DNA of 64,000 nt from Cyanophora paradoxa CCMP329 (lineage: Eukaryota > Plantae > Glaucophyta), in the NCBI GenBank assembly GCA_004431415.1, contig QPMI01000179.1, forward strand, positions 62,001 through 126,000, given 5' to 3'. Numbering within the stretch: position 1 is the first letter of the stretch; every line of letters begins with the position of its first letter. The notes beneath the pieces were generated by a model. That model was not told the origin of the DNA. It saw nothing but the letters and a program-made list of their open reading frames with translations, and searched no databases. Positions 56,203 to 64,000 of this stretch are shown here, piece after piece. The translations under genes and the position numbers were made by a program.

Positions 56203-59200
56203 CTAGCTCTGCGCTACAAAAGAACGCAAACGATCAACGTGCGCGACGAAAGGATACTTTGGCCGCGATGGATCCCATAGAAGATAATTAACCGCAGAAG
56301 TTTGTTTCAATATCGCATACGGTCCCGTGAATCTTGGCTGAAAGCCAAGCAGGATCACGCAGAAGGACCATGTCGTCAATTTTGAATTCAGTCCAATCGT
56401 CTTTCGCATAGATGAAGGAATGACCACACGCATCATCCCGTGCGAAGGTGCAAAAAGGAGGATGCCATTCTTATCCAGCTTATAGAAATTAGAGATTTTG
56501 TTGACTTGATCATCAGTACTGGGATGGCCTTCCAAAACATTGATAATAGCCTTGCAGAAATTGTCAGAACGTTGAGCCTCAAACAGAACTGAAAATTTGT
56601 CATCATGCATTAGAATTTCCAAGCTCAAGATGTCTTTAAAGTCGTCCACATGTTCGACAGGGTACCTAGAAGGTCCATCTGCTCGATTTACAATTCCCTT
56701 TCTGTATTTGATGTCCAAATCGTACTGTTGAATAAGTGTTGCCCAACGTGCCAACTTCCCCTTGTCAGGCTTCAAGTTGAGAAGCCATTCGAGAGCTTTG
56801 CAATCCGTATACAATATAGATTTTGGAGCTCCTTTCAAATAATGGTCCCACTTGTGAAGACAATCCACCACCGCTGCACATTCAGCTTCAGTAGCAGGCA
56901 TATTCTTTTCCGAATTTTTCCATTTTCTGCTGTAGAAATAAACTGGTTTGAGTACTCCATCATGCTCTTGCGATAGTATTCCGCCAATGCCTTTATCACT
57001 AGCATCCGTTTCTAAAACGAAGGCTTTATTAAAATCTGGATAATGCAACATAGTTGCCGCTAACAAATCATTTTTGACTTTATCAAAAGCAGATTGTTGA
57101 TCTGAAGTCCAATGCCAACTGACATCCTTTTGAGTGAGATCATCAAGAATGGATGTGGTTTTTGAAAAATCCTTCACATTATCCCTGTAATAGTTGCATG
57201 TTCCAAGAAAAGACCGCATACTGGAAGCATTTGTTGGCAGAGGAAACTCTTTGATGGCCCTGATCTTTTCAGGGTCGGGTCTTCTGCCATCCTTGCAGAC
57301 AATATGTCCCAAAAATTTGAGTTCCTTCTTGAAGAAATGACATTTAGAGGGTTTTAATTTAGTATTGTTCTTCCTTAGCCGGTTGAACACAAGTTGCAAA
57401 TCTCGACAATGAGCGTCGAACGACTTTGAGAAGGTAATCAAATCATCGACAAAAATCAGAACTGAAATCCACAAATAGTCATTAAACATTCCCTCCATTA
57501 TGCGCTGGAAGGTGGGAGGGGTATTGGTCAAGCCCATTGCCATAACATTCATCTGAAAAAGACCAAAAGGAGTCTTGAAGGCTGTTTTCTCCTTATCTTC
57601 CGGCTTCATTTTGACCTGCCAGAAGCCCGATGCAAAATCCATGTTGGAAAAATACTCGTTGCCTTGCAGAGCATCAAGCATATCTTGAATTTTTGGAAGT
57701 GGATAAACATCCCTTTTGGTGACAGCATTCAACTGACGATAATCTGTAACGAGACGTTTCTCATCTGTGCCGTGCTTGGAAACAAAGAATGCAGGTGCAG
57801 CCCAAGGAGATTCACTGGGCTCTGCAATGTTCCTGCGAATGAGATCTTCCAGAGTGATTTTAAACAATTCGCGGTCCTTAGGAGAGTAATTCATGTGTCG
57901 TGCATTGATAGGGTGAGCATTGCCAATATCAATTGCATGATGTCCAGGCAAACACTTCAAAGGGTCAAATATAAACTTGTCTACAAACAGATCACAATTA
58001 TTCTTCAATAGGGACTCCATCATCTGCCTCTGCTCCTTCGAATCACCAGAATGTCCAAAATCCAAGTCCTTCTTTATTTTCTCGAAATAGGATTTATCAA
58101 AGCTGGGATCGATAGTTGAAACTTCGTTTTTGTAAAACTTGTCCTTGGGCCAAACTTCCAGTTGCATCACATCAAACTCAACCAGGGACTGCCAATTGCC
58201 AACTTCCATTCCAGCAGGTAAAACAGTATCCTCGTCCCTCATGTTGTAGATAACTGCCCAACAATAACCATTACCCATCGTCTGTATTCCAGAAACCGCA
58301 AAGATTCCAGGCTCTAACTCTAAACTGTCGAATAGTATTATTCCATCACCATCAGCAGTGTTGGAGGAAAGGGCAACTTTAACTCCACATGCAGCAGGTA
58401 GAGACACAGTATTGTTTAGCTTAAGGCGAGTATTCTTGCCCAACTCTATTGGAACCTGCAAATTCTTGTCAATTTTTGATGTCACACACCCCTCAGAAAA
58501 AGACACATCAACTTGGTTCTTGATCAGATAGTCTCTTCCCAAAATAACATCATGAGCAAGCTTATCCACTACAACTACAGGTTCCTTCGTTTTCAAAGAT
58601 CCAAGCTCCATAGTTACTTGCATTCTACCGACAGCTTCTACAACATTGTTGTTGAATCCTTTAAGTTTGGGCACAGTGGCATCAGAGAGCAGTGCTGGTT
58701 TCTCTGAGGCTTGATTTAACAAACTCAATGTAGCTAGCGAGACATCAGCTCCGGAATCCAGCAGTGCTTTAGTCCTCACACCTTGGATGGAGATTGTAAC
58801 TGTGCCTTCCCTTGGGCAAAGTCGTATGAGCTGCTGCTTTGTGTACACTTTTTTTTCCCTAACCGAGTACCCAGAGTTGGTTTCATTAGACACATTTTCC
58901 TCAACATCTTCCTGGACATTATTTACCTGGCGGGCAGGGCGCTGATTTACAATCTGGGGGCGATAAGAACCTCTCTGCTGAAACCTGCCTCGATTGGGTC
59001 CGGAATAACCACGAGATCCATAATAAGGTGTCCGAGGTGGCGCCCCAGGCCTATTTTGACACTGATCCGGATCGTGCCAGGAGAACAAATCCAGAAACCG
59101 TCCACAATGTGGGCATCCAGGCCGTGACCCAGCAGATCCAGAAGGCACATTTCCAATGTTAATTCCTACATTACCAACATTTCCCAGCCGATTTGTTGCA

Positions 59201-59844
59201 TTCGCAGCTGAAGTTGACGTAGCATTTCCAACAGCTGACACTCCCACCTGTTGCACATTTGGTTGGCTAAACACCAACGGAACACTTTTCGCATTCTCTG
59301 CTTTCTCCCGACATTTAAGAAAATCATCGACTGTCTTAATATCACCATTCCAGATGTAAAAACCAAAGTACATGCACCCACGCTCAACCAAAATTCGATT
59401 AACTTTGGACACTTTGTTGCTGTCAGATTCATGGGGCCAAGCCTTAGGAGCCGTCAGGGCAGCCCGAGCCAGGAAGACTCGCACATCGAATTCATTAGTG
59501 AGCGCATTTCGTGGATTGTAAGTCTCAAGTTCCTTGCGGTAATCAAATTCACTAAAATCAAACTGCGCCTTTATTTCGCGCAAAAGTGTCGCAATAAAAC
59601 CATCTGGAATTGCGCCATTTGGCCTTTTGCCCTCGACGAACAATTTAACGGGTCCAGAAGTATGAGCCTGAATAATTTGGAACTTTTCAGCATTGGTCCA
59701 CGCAAGCTCATAATTGAAAACAACGTTGATATCAGCCACAAAATTATCGAAGGTGTGTGAGGCATCTATGCCATCATACTTTTTCTGGCTCCCAGTGTTC
59801 AAACGATGAATAATATCCAGCCTTTGAGCAGCAGCAGCCGCCAT
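56203..59844 (-). CDS. gag-pol: Gag-Pol polyprotein (Gag, PR, RT, RNase H, integrase GPY tail only)
   Basis: CPHC-x9-H-x4-C, ALLDSGAD, DYRQLN, IFVDD, LETDAS, TDCKAL and FTGPY motifs; no HHCC or DDE. Confidence 0.93.
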   Translation of the reverse strand: MAAAAAQRLDIIHRLNTGSQKKYDGIDASHTFDNFVADINVVFNYELAWTNAEKFQIIQAHTSGPVKLFVEGKRPNGAIPDGFIATLLREIKAQFDFSEFDYRKELETYNPRNALTNEFDVRVFLARAALTAPKAWPHESDSNKVSKVNRILVERGCMYFGFYIWNGDIKTVDDFLKCREKAENAKSVPLVFSQPNVQQVGVSAVGNATSTSAANATNRLGNVGNVGINIGNVPSGSAGSRPGCPHCGRFLDLFSWHDPDQCQNRPGAPPRTPYYGSRGYSGPNRGRFQQRGSYRPQIVNQRPARQVNNVQEDVEENVSNETNSGYSVREKKVYTKQQLIRLCPREGTVTISIQGVRTKALLDSGADVSLATLSLLNQASEKPALLSDATVPKLKGFNNNVVEAVGRMQVTMELGSLKTKEPVVVVDKLAHDVILGRDYLIKNQVDVSFSEGCVTSKIDKNLQVPIELGKNTRLKLNNTVSLPAACGVKVALSSNTADGDGIILFDSLELEPGIFAVSGIQTMGNGYCWAVIYNMRDEDTVLPAGMEVGNWQSLVEFDVMQLEVWPKDKFYKNEVSTIDPSFDKSYFEKIKKDLDFGHSGDSKEQRQMMESLLKNNCDLFVDKFIFDPLKCLPGHHAIDIGNAHPINARHMNYSPKDRELFKITLEDLIRRNIAEPSESPWAAPAFFVSKHGTDEKRLVTDYRQLNAVTKRDVYPLPKIQDMLDALQGNEYFSNMDFASGFWQVKMKPEDKEKTAFKTPFGLFQMNVMAMGLTNTPPTFQRIMEGMFNDYLWISVLIFVDDLITFSKSFDAHCRDLQLVFNRLRKNNTKLKPSKCHFFKKELKFLGHIVCKDGRRPDPEKIRAIKEFPLPTNASSMRSFLGTCNYYRDNVKDFSKTTSILDDLTQKDVSWHWTSDQQSAFDKVKNDLLAATMLHYPDFNKAFVLETDASDKGIGGILSQEHDGVLKPVYFYSRKWKNSEKNMPATEAECAAVVDCLHKWDHYLKGAPKSILYTDCKALEWLLNLKPDKGKLARWATLIQQYDLDIKYRKGIVNRADGPSRYPVEHVDDFKDILSLEILMHDDKFSVLFEAQRSDNFCKAIINVLEGHPSTDDQVNKISNFYKLDKNGILLFAPSHGMMRVVIPSSMRKTIGLNSKLTTWSFCVILLGFQPRFTGPYAILKQTSAVNYLLWDPSRPKYPFVAHVDRLRSFVAQS

Positions 59845-60013
59845 CTGCTCTAAAATATCGGCGCCTTCGTCGGCCTCTTCTTGTTCAATTTCAACGATGG
59901 GATCCGTCCTGATGAGACGGTTTCCAGTCCTATGCCACAGTACAGCTTGGGATTTGGAATCGGACGCAATGATTGAGTTATTATTTCTTAAAAGATAGGA
60001 TCGGTTTTTAACA

Positions 60014-60025
60014 CCGATGCTACCA
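60014..60025 (-). promoter_or_regulatory. Primer-binding site TGGTAGCATCGG (initiator tRNA-Met-like)
   Basis: Begins 2 nt after the CA end of the 5' LTR; complementary to a tRNA ending ...UGCUACCA. Confidence 0.8.
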
Positions 60026-60638
60026 ACTGCAAGCGCAAGGGCTTATGCAGTGGTAGACTTTGTTTTTTTGTATTATCAGAACCCAAGATTAACAACCCCC
60101 TACACCTTACATGCACTAGCAGTAGCGGGGGGCTATCATTCTCATGAACACCATGACCAATGCATGCATGGGTGCTGAGATGCTCACTGCGAGCCATATT
60201 GAAACCTAGGGCCCATATCTCATACACCCCTGAGCATGCTGTTGAGCGTTCTCGAGGGAGCTGGATTTGATTGTGAAGTCGGTTTAAGACAATTGCGAGT
60301 CTGTGCTGCCTTGCAAATCGGCTTCAAAAAATTCTCGGTTTCACGGGTACCCCCCCGGTTGGCCATCGGCCCCATTTCTGGCCTCTGGCCCACATACCTC
60401 TCGCTGTCCCGTAGTACACTATGGGTTCACACGCTGATCTACCAGGACAAGTTCCTGGTCACCACACTGTATTTCCACACAACACACCAACTGAGGGGCA
60501 AGCCCCCGTACATCAGGCTAGTCTAGGGTACATCAGGGGGTACTAAGACACACTGACTTAGGCGAACTACGCTTCAGCTCAACTCGCTCTGTAGTAAGAA
60601 AAGGCGACGTCCTCGCTCGCCAATAAGTGAAGAAAGAA

Positions 60639-62488
60639 CTACTCAGTCCAAGGCGCCATCCTGGAAGCATGAACCATAATGCGAGATTTCAATTTAGGCG
60701 CATCGCGAGCCTTAGGTCCAACATACTCCACAAGGAAAGTAACACCTTTGCCATGAGAAACTTCCTTCAAGATAATCCAAGGCCCAGTGTAGCGAGGGGA
60801 CAACTTGTCTGAACGACGAGTCGAAGGGATCCGAACTTTCACGAATTCTCCAGGGAGGTACAACTGCTTAAGATTCTTTTGAGTAGCCAAATAGTCATTT
60901 TAACTCCTTGGATGTCCGAATAAATCCGTGAAAATCTGCGAGCCAACTGCTGCGGGTATGCACCAGCTTCAGCAGGATCCAGAACAAGTTCAGGAGTCAC
61001 CAACAAATCCGTCGGCAACACACAAGGCCGTCCATACACCATTTCGAAAGGCGTATAACCCGTTGTAGGGTTCTTGTAATTGCGCACAGCGAGAAGTGCG
61101 AAAGGCAAATGTTTGTCCCAAGTCTTGGGATTGTCCTCAATGTAAAAACGCAGTCGAGTGACCAGAACATCATTGAATTTCTCGACCGCACCCTGAGATT
61201 GCGGGTGGTACGACGAAGAAAGAACATGCTTTATTTTAAAGAGCCGCTCAAGCTCGGCTAGCAGAAAATTATCGAATTCACCACCTTGATCAGATGAAAT
61301 CTTCACCGGCAATCCGTGCAACGGGATCCAGTGATCAAATAAAGCTCGAATAACATAATGCGCAGATTTGGTTCGAGCTGCAACTGCATGGCTCCAACGA
61401 GTGAAAACGTCCGTAATCGTTATCAAATATTGATTCCCAGATGATGTCCTCGGAAGCGGACCAACAATATCAATTTCAATATGTTTCATAGGTCCGTCGG
61501 CATGGATCTCAAATTGCGGAACTTGCTGTGTCCTCTTCGATAACTTGATGCGCTGACAATCGGCGCACCGAGAAACCAACGAAGCAACATCGACGTACAT
61601 ATTCCGCCAGTAATAACGCCGCTTTAAGTGATCATACATTTTTCCAATACCGGGGTGTCCAAGAGAACGATGTACTGAGAAAAGAACTGTTTCGCGTAAC
61701 TGATACGGTACGCAAATGCGAATAAGTCCATCCACATCGCGCTGATGTACAAGTACTCCATCGCGAAGAACAAACTTATTTGTTTTCAAAAAGCGTTCAG
61801 CCTCCTTGTTGGGTCCGAGGGGCTCGACAGTGACGTCGGCCTCCAAATACTTGATCATGTCCGAAAAAGTAACATCTTTTAATTGCTCAAGTCTAATCTG
61901 AGCCGGTGATAAACTCAATTGAATTTCCACTGCATCCAGAAATGCGGAAAAGATGGGCGAAGTCACCTCCATCGCCTCTAAAGCATTTACCGCCGTCCGC
62001 ACAAGTCTGGAGAGCGCATCGGCATCGGCATTCGACTTGCCGGGCTTGTACTGAATTTCGAAATTGAACGGTTGCATATCTAAAACCCAGCGAGTGATCC
62101 GAGCACTCGGCAAATTCTTTGCCGCCTTGAAATACTGGAGAGCAGAGTGCTCTGACTTAATAATAAATTTCTGTCCGCGTAAATAATGAGAAAACTTTTT
62201 AGTCACTGCCCACCAAATCGCATACAACTCCTGTTCAGTGACCGTCCACTTCTGCTGCTCCTCAGTGAGAGGTTCAGCCGCATACTCAATAACAACTTCC
62301 TTATTCCATTTCTTCTCCGCTGATGTAAATTTGTGAGAAGCAAATTGCACAAACTTTTCATTTCCAGATGAGTCCACCTGGGAGAGAACTGCCCCCACTC
62401 CAACTTTTGAGGCGTCAGTCTTCAAAATGAAAGGCTTGCTAAAATCAGGGAGTGCCAGAATAGGCGCTGAACACAAAATCTCCTTCAA
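60639..62488 (-). pseudogene. pol: Gypsy RNase H + integrase (frameshift near 60890)
   Basis: LKTDAS, HRSLGH..CADC, IDIVGPLP, SDQGGEF, QSQGAVE and YTGPW motifs. Confidence 0.93.
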
Positions 62489-62614
62489 TTTTCGAAATGC
62501 AAGGTCCTCCTTGGGACTTCAATAGAAATGTGTGCCTTTGGAGCACAAATCATGAAAAGGTGCCGCAATCAAGGCACAACCCATGATAAGAATTCTATAA
62601 TATCCTACCTTACC

Positions 62615-63547
62615 TTAGAAAGTACGAACTTCAGATATAGATCGTGGAGTCGGAAATTTCCGAACTGCCTCCACTTTAGCCTTGGAGGGCTTGATTCCTT
62701 TTCTAGTAACTGTAAATCCTAAATATTCCAGTTCAGCCTTGAAAAACTTCGATTTCTTGGGCTTGAAGAACAAATTAGCCCTCCTCATAGCATCGAAGAC
62801 CCACTGAAGATCAGCAAGGTGCTGCTTCAGGGATTTTGAAAAGACACAGATGTCATCAAGGTAAACCAGAATGAAAATATATAGATAAGTTCCAAATACA
62901 CTATCCATCATAGTCTGAAAAGTGGCCGGCGCAGTCTTGAGCCCTTGAGGCATAACATTCCACTGAAACAGTCCAATGGGAGTCCTGAAGGCGGTCTTCT
63001 CCTTGTCTTCCTCCTTCATTTCAACTCCACAATAGCCGTCCGGCGCATCCATAGCTGAAATATATATAGAACCTGTTAAAGCTTCCAAAGCATCATCAAT
63101 TCGAGGAAGGGGATAAGCATCATCCATAGTAACGGAATTTAACTTCCGATAGTCAATGCAAAACCGCAAAGTTCCATCCTTCTTGCGCACAAGGACCACT
63201 GGGGCAGCCCAAGGCGAGCGAGAGGGACGAATTAAATTGCGACTCAACAATTTCTTGGTCTCATTGACGATTAAATCCTGCTCCTGTTGAGAGTGTCTGC
63301 GAGGAGGCTCAGCAATAGGAGGAGCATCACCAGTGTTGATAGCATGCTTGACAGGCAGATGAGGCCCATCAGGATCATAAGGCGGTAACTCAGCCTTAGC
63401 TCGATCCAAATTTCCAGCAAGGAAATCCAGCATAACTGCACGTTCGTCAGCCTTGTCCTCAGGGCTGCCAACGTCAACACTTTTAAGAAAGTCCAAAACA
63501 TTTTGTCCAAATCGCTGGCGAATCCTCGTGAATAAGTTCGGAGGCAT
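62615..63547 (-). pseudogene. pol: Gypsy reverse transcriptase (frameshifted at both ends)
   Basis: KKDGTLRFCIDYRKLN and VYLDD motifs. Confidence 0.95.
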
Positions 63548-64000
63548 TTTCTATGGGAACTGCATGTAAATTCGAGAACTGCTTCAATCTATCATCAAGG
63601 GGATAGGTGAACTCTGGGAGTCCATAAGAAAACTCAGATTTTTTAGAATCCAAATTCGCATCCAAATTCGAAGATTGAGGTCTAGCTTCTGGACTAGCTT
63701 CTTTCTTCGACTTGACAGTTGAATTAATCTTGGCATCGGTAGAGCCGACTTGGATTGAGTCTGCGCAGGCGTACTCAGAGGTGTATGTTTGCGCTGAAGG
63801 GGGAACTTCTTTTGGTTCCACTTCCTTCACATACTCTCCTTTCCCCTCCTGATCGTAACTCAATTTAATTCCAAGGTCGTGCAATTCGGCGTCGAAACGA
63901 AATTCAGGAATAAATGTAGCAAGTCTCACGCCTTTTCTCAGAAGGACTGGCTTCTCATCAAAGCGATTGCTCAAATTCGAAACCAATCCACCAACTCTAC

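Larger units (their letters stand above)
56080..60138 (-). mobile_element. Complete compact Ty3/Gypsy LTR retrotransposon (4059 bp) lacking the integrase core
   Basis: LTRs at 56080-56191 and 60028-60138 (TG..CA, differing by one G in a G-run), PBS, PPT, and TSD TTCT at 56076-56079 and 60139-60142. Confidence 0.95.
60405..64000 (-). mobile_element. Ty3/Gypsy element: pol, 3' UTR and truncated 3' LTR (TG at 60581); runs off the window edge
   Basis: RT, RH and IN ORFs, then hairpin and LTR start. Confidence 0.9.

Overview
This is eukaryotic, repeat-saturated (heterochromatin-like) DNA with no recognisable intact host gene. Main contents: (i) a GC-rich giant Ty3/Gypsy-type retroelement (~24.65-41.16 kb) with ~15.5 kb of nearly continuous coding sequence. 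About 3,250 codons of unrecognisable protein, starting with a ubiquitin C-terminal motif (VLRLRGG) and tandem repeats, lie in frame upstream of protease, followed by RT, RNase H and integrase. (ii) A complete 4.06-kb Gypsy element with ~112-bp LTRs, PBS, PPT and a 4-bp TSD but no integrase core (56080-60138). (iii) Many fragments of AT-richer Gypsy families. (iv) A 5'-truncated L1/Tx1-like LINE with a (CTT)n tail and a 12-bp TSD (4141-9556), sitting in a stack of related LINE 3' ends. (v) Two satellites: a 147-bp-monomer array with two inversions (13.6-22.0 kb) and a modular ~915-bp satellite (44.6-53.8 kb plus remnants). (vi) A ~2-kb direct duplication and adjacent sequence carrying intron-containing SET-domain-like gene fragments. 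(vii) An interstitial TTAGGG run and a possible Polinton-like DNA polymerase B fragment. All domain calls come from motif recognition by eye; no searches were run.
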